Below are positions 1-11,413 of a stretch of DNA of 64,000 nucleotides, piece after piece; position 1 is the first letter of the stretch; every line of letters starts with the position of its first letter. The notes under the pieces are model-generated. The model was given only the letters and a program-made list of their open reading frames with translations, ran no database searches and was not told the origin of the DNA. The DNA is taken from the NCBI GenBank assembly GCA_973895155.1, contig OZ316891.1:12088771-12152770 (forward strand), read 5' to 3'. Made by a program: the position numbers and the translations under genes. This stretch comes from Marsupella aquatica. Its lineage: Eukaryota > Plantae > Marchantiophyta.

Positions 1-351
1 TTATTCAAATGTTTTAAACTTAATAAGTCTAACATGGATGACGTTTTTATGATGCAGGGAGCGATCTTGTTGGTTTCAAACCCGCGATTGCACCGACCGA
101 CTGCCGGGATGGATTCTTACTAGATGAGAGATCCCCAGGCTTCCGATGGGGGCTTGAGTTCTCAAGAACCCCGCTTAATAATGAAGTGCCATCAAGCACG
201 ATTGAACCTGTTTTGACCTTAAAGTGCAGAGCAAATGATAGCCTGACTTTGGTTTGCGGACCTGTGGTCTCTGTTGGCATTGGAGGGACAGGGATGAATT
301 TGGTCATTCTGGAGATGCACGATAGGTCATGCTGGGTTATAAGTTAACCTT

Positions 352-3300
352 ATGTCAAAGGCATACTCCTCAGAATTCAATGTCGAATGGCACGCAAGTG
401 GTGAATTGAGCGTTTTGTCAATGGGATTTTTTCCAAAGACATATGACACAAAGAAGTTGGTCATCGGGGTAACTGGTATGCTTCCAGTCGACATTATGTA
501 TGGGTTTCAATATTTGAAACTCAACATGATGAAGCACCAAGGCAATTTCTCTTTTGCAACTACTTGGACGTTAAGCAATTTACTTGAGAAAGTTGGATTG
601 TTATCATTGGAGTCAGAGGAGCCTGGTGTTTTAATTGATAAGGATGTTGCATTTGATCCCAACTTTGATTTAGTCAAAGCAAAGCAATGGATAGAATCTT
701 TGTCAAAGACGAGAAACCTTCCAACGGTGAATACAAACCCTGTGCCCGAGAAGGCGCCAGAGAAAGCTCCAGAACCTACAACAGAGACCGCGGGAACTAC
801 AGCAGCAACCTCTCAAAGAGCAGTGGGAAAACAAAAACAAAGCCAAAGGAAACCTCCGGTTGAAAAGAGACTTCCAGTTGAGAAGCCGGTTGAGAAGCCG
901 AGTACGAGAAGCCGAGTTCAGAAGCCAGTTGAGAAGCCGAGTACGAGAAGCCAAGTTGAGAAGCCAGTTGAGAAGAAACGTCCGGTTGAGAAGCCAAGTG
1001 CAAGTGAAAAGAGGCCAAGACAAAAGAAGAAACAGAAAATTGACAGTGCCATCATGGATGACACTACAGAAAACCTGACAGTGCATTCACAAGATATGGA
1101 CGAGCAGTTGGACGCTCCTGAGGAGAAGAAGGTCTTAGAAGGTAATGAGGGACTGCAACAAATGGAGCAATATTATACGTTTGGGATCAATTCGATATTT
1201 TCTATTCCCGTAGAGAGTATTTTCCCTGCGTCGGCAAGACTCTGTTACAGAATGTTGAATGCAAACCATGTAAAGGAGGTGGCCAATTCCATGATAAGAA
1301 ATCCGGGGCATGAACCACACATAGCAGACTTGATTCCTTACACTACAAAACATAGAAACCTAATGCAATATGACAACACGGAATCAGATAGGAGGGACTT
1401 TGTAGCAGCCGTGAAAAAGGGGGAGGTTCAATTCCTTGCCATTAGCGGTCAACATTCGGCCAGAGCAGCCAGATGGATTCGAGAATGGGCAAACAAGGAT
1501 GCCAAGCTAACAGCATTGGCAAAAAAGCTGGAATTTCGAAAGTCAAGAATATTATCTCATCGAACACCATCGTCAATATTAGTTGAGCATTCAATGCGAT
1601 CTAATGCTATCAATAGCACGATGGTGTTTCAGTCATGCTTCAAAGATACAGTCGTTCATGCTAGGCGGCAATTTGTGGAATGTGGAAAATCTAGCCGGCC
1701 AAAACATGGGGACAACAAAACAAACGCTCAAGACAATCAAAAATTTCAGGTACGAAGTGTTACTGCTTGATTGGTACAATACCGTAGACTCTCCATGTGT
1801 GATTACAATTGAGATGGTAGTCTTTGACCACAAAGCTTCAAGTTTGCTTTGGATTGAGATGGTCCGAGTCCAAATGGATACATTCACATTCAGTAGAATA
1901 TTTCCACTGATATCGTCTAGTTTTGTGTTGGACTGGGATGGTCCCAGTCCAAATGGATTCATGCACATTCAATAGACTATTTCCACTGATATTGTCTAGT
2001 TTTGTGTTGGACTGGGATGGTCCCAGTCCAAATGGATTCATGCACATTCAGTAGAATATTTCTCCACTGATACCGTCTAGTTTTGTTTTGGATTGGGATG
2101 GTCCTAGTCCAAACTAAATCATGCACATTCAATAGAATATTTCCACTGATACTGTCTAGTTCTGTGTTGGACTGGGATGGTCTCAGTCCGCACCTGAGTG
2201 CTTTCAAACAATTGAGTTATGGAGAACTAACAGACTTTCCTTTGCAATTGTAGGATTGGTTGGCTCTTGCAAGAATGACCATGGGAAGGAAAGATTGTCG
2301 TAATGTCTACTGGTTACTGTTTGCCGACAATGCTCTTTTTGATTTATGGAGTTTGGTATGCCAATTGTGGTTGGATGGAAAACTTCCCGATGGAGCTGGT
2401 GTAGAAGGAAATGAGAAGTCTGAAAAAGCAATTACTGTTGCCATGTTTTGTTGTTTTGATGGTGAGTTGATCTCACAACGAGACATCACAAGAATACTGA
2501 CGCGGGTGAAGTCAGGAAAGGTATTGCTAAAGAAAGATGCCTCTAATAAATCAGACATGCCATCTATAGAGGAGTTGGCCAAAGATGTGAAGATCGTGCG
2601 GAAACTCAAGTCCCGTATTGAAGACTACTATTGCACCAAGGATGCGGTGAATTTCCCGACAAATACTAATTGGGGGAAAGTAGTTGAGGTTCTTCCTACG
2701 CTAGCAATTGATTCAGAGTTCACCAGGTGTCGAAGAGCCGCTGGCGAGGTCTATCTTGCCAACCTTTTAAAGCCAAATCATACGCGGGAGAGCGCAATCT
2801 TGCCGACAGCATTGGTATTCCGCCTAGATGATATATACTGCCAGAGATTTGGCGGAGGATCACGTTCTCGGACCCTACCATGGGTTACATTTTTTAGCGA
2901 CAATCTCATGAAGACCATTGATCCAGAGTCATTGCAAGAAGCTCCTCCGACCTGCCCTCTTGCCATTGTTGATTTTAGCCGGCTTCCACAAAAACAGTGG
3001 ACTGAAGCAGAGATTCTTGTTCTCTTTGAATACATTGTGGAGCTTCCACAAAATCCCATGATTGTGGTGACGATAACAGTTCATCCTGGACAACTTGCAC
3101 TGAATGTCCATGGTGCCCTTTGTAAATTGGGACAAGAGAAAGCTTTGACCATTCACATTGAGTATGGGAGTTATTCCCGAGATGATCAACCGCACCCTCA
3201 TGACTCATGTTGGGGTGGGGGGATTGAAGAAGTTATCTTTGCAGGGATTTCTCGAGATGAAGACGTCAATTGGAATGAAGTTTTCAAGCCCAACTATCCA

Positions 3301-4626
3301 AAGCCAAAATTCTTGTATACTTCAAAGGATGTTGATTATGAAGTATGCAAGATCAACAAGGGAAAGGGGAAAGCTAAGGAATCAGATGAGGGGACACAAA
3401 ACAACGACCTAAAAGTGGTTTTGGACCCAGAAGAGGCCGTCAAGATTATGAATATGGCCCCTCGATTTGAGACAGTTGGTAGTCGCGGAGGATGGGTTAA
3501 TCCTCATGCCAAACCCACACGGATGATCCGAAGGATTATTGAATCCTTATCAGAACCGAGAGATTTGGTTCTAGATTTTTTCTCCGGTGGCCAAGTCATG
3601 AAGACATCATTTTTTTGCGATAGGGAATGCTTTGTTTATTGTGACTCTCAGTCCGAGAGGCATTTTGTGGAAGCTTTTGCTTCCTACCTTTGCGAGAGAG
3701 TTCCCTCACTTAAAGCCCATTGTGAATCACTTGCTGAAAATTCTCGACAATGGGCTACCACTATTGTGGCTGTAGCTGTCGCTATTGAATCCGACGGTTC
3801 TGAGTCTGAAGATGTTGCTGACAAAGTTGCTAAAGGCGTAGAGGCATCAGAGGAGGCATATGTCAAGAATTTGGATGACCGTGTTGGTCAAGGTGAGCCT
3901 TACGATGTAGATGATGATATTGGACTTGCACCAAACCGTTCATCTGGTTTAGATGACATCCCTCCGGGGCCCAATGAATTTCAAGTTGATGATAACTTGG
4001 ACAAGGATGATCCCAATCCAACAACGCCGGGAGGACAGATGGAGCAACTAGAAGGAGCAAGGGTTGATATGTTTGATCATCTTTCTTCAACCAATCTGAT
4101 CAACGAAGGCGCAACGAGGCTTGGAGATTCAAATGAAGCTGAAACTAACAAATTGACTCGTGGGGAAGCCGGCGGATTGCCTGACATTCCCATCAATCCA
4201 GGAGGAAATGCATCAACGGCTGCTGACAACCAGGCAGGTGCTTCAACTTGTCCTGACACACTCTTTTCAGCTTCTGATGACAAATTGGTGTTCGTTCGTT
4301 CACACTCGAGGAGTCCTGTTGTCCTTCCGTTCTCAAAAAAGAAAGGGAATAGAGTTGGATCAACTGGATGGAGGTCATTGGAACGCGACGCACGATGTTA
4401 CGTGTGGAAAAGTGGGCCAAATCGAGGCCAAGAAATATCATTGGAAGCTGCTCCTTCAATTCTCAATAAGGAGGAGTATAAGAGGGGAGAATTGGGGTTC
4501 ATAACTCCTGTTTGGACTTCTCCTTATTGGGTAGAACAAAGTACTTCAGATGTCAATTTTGAAATCCAACAGGAGCTTGGTGCTGACATGATTATTGATG
4601 AATACGGATCTCTTATTTCGGAATGA
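352..4626 (+). CDS. Spliced gene (exons 352-1749 and 2254-4626, about 1256 aa if read to the 4626 stop) with VEKP low-complexity region, ParB/Srx (DGQHR)-like domain and degenerate beta-class N4/N6 DNA methyltransferase-like domain
   Basis: Phase-0 GT-AG intron 1750-2253 (CAG|GTACGA ... ACTAAC ... TTGTAG|GAT) joins the 472-aa and 788-aa ORFs in frame. Motifs: YRMLNANHVKEV...FLAISGQHSARA (ParB/DGQHR-like) and HAKPTRMIRRIIESLSEPRDLVLDFFSGG (MTase motifs X-I). The true start may lie upstream. Confidence 0.7.
858..1000 (+). repeat. Coding tandem repeat (VEKP / VEKPSTRS units)
   Basis: Repeated GTTGAGAAGCC units in frame. Confidence 0.85.
1838..2190. repeat. Intronic tandem array, about 4.5 copies of a 79-81 bp unit, each with a hairpin
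   Basis: CTAG anchors at 1917, 1996, 2077 and 2156. The unit contains TTGGACTGGGA-TGG-TCCCAGTCCAA (11-bp inverted repeat, perfect in two copies). Confidence 0.92.
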
Positions 4627-4686
4627 AATTCAGCCTTTGACTTTCTATTTATTCATATCAATCTAAAATACTTCTTGGTCTCACAG

Positions 4687-5902
4687 AATGGGCTCACCAA
4701 TTAAAGTCTCCATATCCGTCTACACATTGTGAGGCTTCTAAAAATGGTATGTAGGTTAATTTTCGTTTTTGTCAGCCATTGTGTTGTATTTTTGGATTGA
4801 GACAATCCTAATCCAAAGTTCACTTTTGGTCTTTTCTCTGAGAATGGTGTTTGGTGCACTTGCAGAATCGAGACCTGGTCCCGTCAAGCGGAAGTTGCTG
4901 ATTTTGGACCTTAATAAAATACTTTGGGATTCTATTGAATTCCAAAGCAAGGGCACATCCAGGAATATTGTCACCTCAAGTGGAGTGCATTGGGATAGAA
5001 AAAATGGTATTAGTCGCATGTATACAGAACGACCAGGGCTCCATGAGTTTCTAAAGTTGGTTTTTGACAGATTTGACGTTGCAATTTGGACTTGTGCTGG
5101 GGTAGAACGAACAGTGAAAATGCTGAACATGATGTTCACTGTTGAGGAGCGGTTGAAACTTAAGTTTGTATTCACACAGGTGGAAGCCTTTGACACAAGC
5201 ATTCAAAGGCGTGACATTACAAACGGAAAGACAAATGTGCTACTGAAGGATTTTCAGGTGGTATGGAATGCATTTGGAAATCTATATGATGAAACCAACA
5301 CCCTCCTTGTGGATGACTCCCCCCTTAAGGCATTTGCCAACCCAGACATGACCGGATTATTTCCAGTGCCCTACACGCATGCCAATCGTGGAGATAATTT
5401 TCTTCTAGCAATTCTTTGGCCATGTCTTGAGAAACTATCACATGCAAGTGACATTCAATGTTATCTTCTTCTCAACTCTCCAAAGTGGTCTCTTTTGCAC
5501 ATGAAGAGAGACAAGGCAAAAAATGAGATTACTTATGATCAACTTAGCAAGAGATTTGCAGCAAAAATTTGGAAGTCACAGTTTACACATAGTGTGTTGG
5601 ACCTCAACAGTAATGAGATCCCTTGGAATGTAAAGCACCGTATATGTAGTTTACGTCCTGAGGTGGAACTTGACAATGCACTTGTCAACTCACTTGCTAA
5701 ATCATTTTTAGGAAAGGACTATTCAGGTCCATATAGAGAAAATCCCAGACACTTTTTGCGGGAGATTATAGCCATTAGGAACAACACCACCAGATTTCAA
5801 CTCCCTGAAAATAAAGGGAGTTGCAACCGTGACAATAGGGTAGATAGGAAAGGAGACAGGGGCACATGCTCAAATACACATTGTAGGGAGCACTTGGTTT
5901 AG
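4687..5902 (+). CDS. FCP1/NIF-type HAD phosphatase-like domain (exons 4687-4746 and 4866-5902); probably the 3' part of the upstream gene
   Basis: LLILDLNKILW (HAD motif I variant), ERPGLHEFL, VAIWT, NTLLVDDSPLKA-NP. Intron 4747-4865 (G|GTATGT ... TTGCAG|). The 60-nt exon has no in-frame ATG and begins at an acceptor (TCACAG|). Confidence 0.75.
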
Positions 5903-6155
5903 ATATTTAATTGACTTGTGTTAAGCCCCTTGGATAGTACTAGAAATATGTTCGTATTCAATGTAAATTTGCAGATAATTGTATAAAGATATTTTATAAT
6001 CTATTTGGAATGATGTTATTTTGTTCACAGAATATCTGGTCCTTAAATGGGGATGAAATAACTTTATAAGTTTTTATCCTCCATTTCTATGTGAGTTATT
6101 AAATAATATAATATGTATTATTTATTAATATAATATTAATGTGATTTGGCCTATA

Positions 6156-6233
6156 AAGTGTACATTTAGAGACACAAAAGTGTACATTTGGGTGTCTTGA
6201 AGTGTACATTTGGGGCCATGAAAGTGTACATTT
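6156..6233. repeat. CACTA subterminal repeats: 4 x AAGTGTACATTT at 22-bp spacing
   Basis: Copies start at 6156, 6178, 6200 and 6222. Confidence 0.9.
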
Positions 6234-6399
6234 CAAGACTCATTTGTGAACAAAAGAAAATACACTTTTAATGAATAGGTTGATTAGTGCCCTCAGCATT
6301 TTAACATGTAGCAGATTGAATAGACAATTGTTACACGTGCTAAATTAGACGCTTAACATGTGCTTAGGTAGAAAGCTTACCTGATGTGTAGAGGCCTCC

Positions 6400-8620
6400 T
6401 AATGCTCCCCCTCGTCTGACAGGTCTGTGAAGCCTGTGTCCTTGCCAGGCTCTGTCTCCAGGTCATCTGGCCACTGGAGGTTCTACACACCATGCTTTGT
6501 CATCCTCTTCAGGGCCCCACGTCTGCTAAGTACAATCTTACATTCATCAATGATCTCTTGGGATTCATTGTTTCCTTTTGCACAAAAGCTAAACATTTGA
6601 CAAGTTTAAGATGTAGTTCAGCTTAAGGCTGAGTAGGAATTTAACCTAAACTTGGCTGCCTTTTCTCTGGTCACAGCGGGGATTACATGGCCATCAAATT
6701 TCCTGCCTTTCCTTGCAACATGGCATCTGACAACAACTCATTGTCGCCCACTCTACTCATTGCTTAGCAAAAGAATTGCACTATGTATGATTGAAGCAGC
6801 TTGACATGCCATTCTCATCAGCTCAGGCATTGTTGCCAACTTGTCTAAGTGTGATTACTCACTGGGCAAGGAAGGGAAGTTGGTTAAAATTCAGACCCCA
6901 TAGCTAAGTTATTAAGGATGAGCATATATCACATTGGTCCCAATTGTAATGCTAGCATGGACGTCCACAATGGTGGATGCCAGGTGGACGTCAAGATCTC
7001 AAGTTATAGCACTTTGAAGTCACTCAGGAGTAGTTTGGCAAGAGGCCTAGATTGGGGTGCCGCAGTGCATCTAGTCCACAGGGGTTCCATCATTGGCCAA
7101 GCTTGGACTGCTTTTGGGTATTGTAGCCTGCACCTGGACCCAAAGTTGCAGTTGTGCCTGGACCAGGCAACACCTAAGTAATGGTCAATGGGACGTCTGG
7201 ACCACGAGACCCAAGCACTAAGAGGGGGCAGCCATAACTTTTGCCTCCAACTCCGTTCAGAGACCATAAGACCATGTTGTGATCAACTTCTTGGTGCCCA
7301 CATATACATAAGAGGGCAGGTCGAATGGACCTCATGAAGTATGTAATTAGGTTGGTGCTGCCTAACATATAATGGACCAAAGCTGGTTTGGGGTTGGTAC
7401 ATACATCCCTAGACGTCTATAAGGGTGAACTCCCCTCACCTTGCCATCAAGATCTCAGACAAGATCACGTTGATAATCCACCACAAGTCACTAAACAGAC
7501 TAGTGAGTCTGTGACTCAAAGCAAAACTCTACCACCCCAAGCGACCAAGTTCTCAAATGACAATTTGGACTTCATTTCCCATAAGGTTCCTAGAGTAGAT
7601 TTATCATCGTCTCCAGGATCATTCTCTTCTTGTGTCCTAATAATCTCTCACTTACCCGAGAGGGGTGTTGGAACGTTGTTACTTGTAAGTACATTAGGGA
7701 TAGAGCTGGTGAGAGCATATGAGTGGCATTAGATTACATTGTTCATACATGATTGAGGTACCCCATCTGCTTTGTCGCTTCAATTTGCTTACTTTATGAC
7801 ATTTATCTCAACTGTTAGTTTTAGATCACTATGTTGGCCCATATGTTGGTCCTTTGATTCTTTCTCTTCTAATGCTCCTCTGATCACTACATGATATACA
7901 GTGCCCTATGTTGTTCCATGTACCAGATTAATTTGACAATTGCTACCAACATGGTCATGGTAGGTGGGATCACAAAAGCCTATTAATCTACGGCAAAGGT
8001 ATATGATCTCTCAAGACAATAGAAGATTTCATATATTCATGAGAACTGATAAGCAAGTAGGGAGATGGGTATGTAAACATCAGGCTAAGAACAAAGATCC
8101 ATCAATTGCCACAAGGTATTTTTGTTTGTCTTTATTTGACAAAATGATCACATCCATCCTTGTAGATATATGCCTCATGCAAAGAAGAATTTTGCGTCAA
8201 ACAAAGTAAAATAAACCACCTCATGTGGGCATGGTCAAGAGTGTCATATCTATGACAATACATTACTTTTCAATGGATAATTTCCTTCCTTTAACTTTCC
8301 ATGTTGAATTGTGATGGGAAAGTCTGTCACCAAACGCATCCACTTTTCCAGCCTGTGGTTTGTTGTTTGTGTACAACTACTAGAATATGAAAGGTGTAGT
8401 GGTCTCCAATGTCTATAATTCTTGGGTTCCTATTGTCCCTTCTTCACTCAAATGCCACAACTTTAGACAACAAACAAAATTGCAACGAGCACACAAGTGG
8501 TGAGAGAATACATCAAGTTGTCAGTTTTCTACTTGAGCTCTTGCATAGACAAGCGACCAATCCAACAGTCCACATTGATATATCCTAACTAATCTTTAAT
8601 TGCTGCCATTGATCACAATT
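6400..8620 (-). pseudogene. Highly degenerate Ty3/Gypsy relic (RT fragments, possible C5-methyltransferase fragments)
   Basis: Scattered minus-strand peptides EKWM-GD, MPT, LFDA and LMDLCS* occur in RT order at about 8340-8080. PID, YAH and TN-like fragments occur at about 7200-6880. No open frame. Confidence 0.35.
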
Positions 8621-11413
8621 TTCATATTGATCAAGGGATCATATTTAGGGCAAGATATACAAGGCTGGAAGAAAGTGACGAGAGTGACTGACAAAAGGCC
8701 CACTGCCTATCGAGGAAACTGTAGCTGATAAATCTAAATTCCAAGTGTTTGCACTTATGATGTAGTGCAAACTCTCCTCAAATGCACACCAAAGGCTATT
8801 TCCCGGGAGCGTGCTCTGAGAGATAGGTCACTGCATTCAATTCGACTATCGTACCCCCCTTCAGCTATGGCACGTTTACCCACCCATCCCTGGGTTGAGA
8901 CTTGAGATACGCCGAGCTCTAAACTGAACCCACATCTAAGACATATTTGTACAAGTCAGAAACTCCTCGGGCACAAGATGGTTTCATCCTACTTGTCTCC
9001 TAGTCATCACCACCCTCTACTTAGAGTTGTCAGACTAAAGTAATTAATAAACAATTGTTGTAGAAAACACAGAATAAAGCTGTTAGACTGATGGCAGTTG
9101 TGGGATCCATGTGCAAGACCAGAAGCTTTTCTTTTTCTTTCCTTTTGAAAATAAGTATAAAAAGGGAATCATGCCCAAAGATTATTCCATGCAACCCGTG
9201 GAGGCAAGAAGATTCTTGGAAAGTACAAAAGCTCATTCACTCGGATTGATTCTACTGTGCTGGTGAACTGATTTGCGCTCTCTTATCACACCAAAGTTTT
9301 CAGGGGTGAACTGTGTACCTACCAACGTTTTCTTCTTGGTGAATTTGAAGGAGGTCAGAGAAATTAATCAACTCCCATGATAAGTCGTGTATAGAGAGTT
9401 CCTACAACGAGTTATGTTGTGTATACAGGGACCCTCCCAGGTGGCATAAGCCCAGAAGTTGTGGATGGGAGAACTAAGGTCATCGTGCAGCACTACACAC
9501 AAATTAAAGAGATCATTTAACATTCAGGATAAACATATTTATAGCATACTCTCTTTGTACTTAATTTACATTAGGATCAAAAGCAGTTAGTATTAAAAAT
9601 GTGCTATGCTAACCTTAGGACTTCTAATATTCTATTAGGTTTTCCATAACAGTTAGGAAAAGAAAAAAGTGTTTTTGCCATAACAATGGGTCATTTGTAC
9701 ATTTCCCAACACACTCCACTGCACCTCGCGCCATAGTACACCGCGTGTACATCTATGCTTGAAGACATAATGGATTATGTCTTCCATTATGTCTTCACAT
9801 AGAGTTTTAGGGGATAGATGTTACATGATAGTCTACTTCTTGCAGGCTAGCAAAATTTTCCCATTACCATTGATGCTGTGTTGTCTTTGTTTCACATTCT
9901 GACAATTGTTTTGAAAGTCGGAACAAATTAGGGCAAACAGTTAAAAGTAAAGATCCTCGGTTCCTTCCATACTTAGACAACTTTGGAGACTACATTCATT
10001 CCACACTTGGACAATTTTGAACTTTGCAATAGGGGCCTACGACCAAAAATAGAGGATTCATTCCATACTTATTCAAAATAATAAAGAGAAATGTCAAAAT
10101 ATCATGCGAACTAAAGATGGACAGTATGGTAGAAATTCAAACCCGAACACTTGAACATATTGTCTTCACTTAGGAACTTGAAGTTCGGGCGACGGTCGCC
10201 ACTATTCTATGGTTTCCCCCATGGTGTGGTTTGTCATTCTGCACTATTTGAGTGTAAACTTTATGTTAGCTCATATAGATGATACTATGAATAAATTCTT
10301 ATTATAGAAACTTTTACAAGAGTGAGCTACTTTGTAACAAAAATTTCATAAGTGCCTATGGTGTAAAATTTGTTTTGGCTGAGGTCCATCAAACATATTT
10401 TTCGTGAGAATGTGGTCGGGGTGAATTGTAAAGAATGGACAATCAGGCTACTGATGAAAAACGTACCGTACTGTCGTAGGCAGTCAAGTAAAGTAAAGTA
10501 CTGTAATATGGAAAGATTGGTCACCGATGTGAGGCTAGTGCTGGAAATCGTACTGTCGTAGACAATAAAGTAATACAGAAATACTAGTCACCGATCTGGC
10601 AGGGCGGACTATCTCACACGAGTGGAGGACTGGTGGGAGACTCAATCCTGCAGAGTCTGTGAGCGACATTCAAACGTACCTGGGGAAGAGTAAAGGCACT
10701 GGCTGGCCGTTGACAGGCATAAGCTGTCAGCCATTAATTCCACGAAGGCCTTCTTTGCACAAAGCTAATAATAAAGCCAACTCTCTTTCATCGAGGAGTC
10801 CGGACGTAGTGGCGGGTTGCGATCAAAGTATGCTCTAATTGCGGTGGCTCTTTGGGTAGGTTGGCGACCAGTTTATTTGGCTCTGGGTTCTCCAGCCTTT
10901 GTATTCACTTTTTGGGAGCTTTCTGTTGAGTTATTGGCGGACACTTGCTTTTTCTCTGCGCACTCTCTCTCGTCTGTTGTTTTAAGCTTTTGGCTTCGAT
11001 ATCTGTTACGCTTAGAGGAGCTGACGAAGTCTGTCAAGCCGGACTTATGAAAGTGATCGCCGTTTGTAAAGTCCCTCTGTAAAGGTCCAGGTGCGCCACC
11101 GCGGCCTTGGTGTAGGATCTGCGAGGGGGCCGGGGCGGGGGAGCTCGGAGTGGGCTTGCTCACTTGTTGTAGGAGCTGGTCTGAGTTCAAGTGCTGTGCG
11201 TTGTAGGGAGTGGAGAGATCGCAGCTGCGCAGTGCGGGACTTCCCTGGCACTCGATTATTGACTAGTGTGTATGCAGCAGAGAAATTGAAGAGTTCCTAG
11301 CTGAACAAGCTCGTGGGGTTGCTGCCGTGAGCGAGCCACCAAACAAGCAAGTAATCAGCACACGGGGCGAGAGGAGGCCAAGAGTAAGAAATCCGGTCGT
11401 CTAAGCTGCCAGA

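Larger units (their letters stand above)
1..6289. mobile_element. Right portion of a CACTA (En/Spm) DNA transposon; left end lies outside the window
   Basis: Ends in ...TGAATAGGTTGATTAGTG at 6289 (reverse complement CACTAATCAACC...). It is preceded by subterminal AAGTGTACATTT repeats and an AT-rich stretch. No transposase is visible in the window, and the 3-bp TSD (candidate CCC) cannot be checked. Confidence 0.65.

Noticed and set aside
58-325. Possible additional upstream exon of the CACTA-borne gene (open frame SDLVGFKP...EMHD after a TGCAG acceptor)
   Set aside because: I could not find a phase-compatible splice into the 352 ORF, so it is left unannotated.
1838-2190. CRISPR-like array (palindromic repeats at regular spacing)
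   Set aside because: The intervening sequences are copies of each other rather than unique spacers; the array is in a eukaryotic intron and there are no cas genes.
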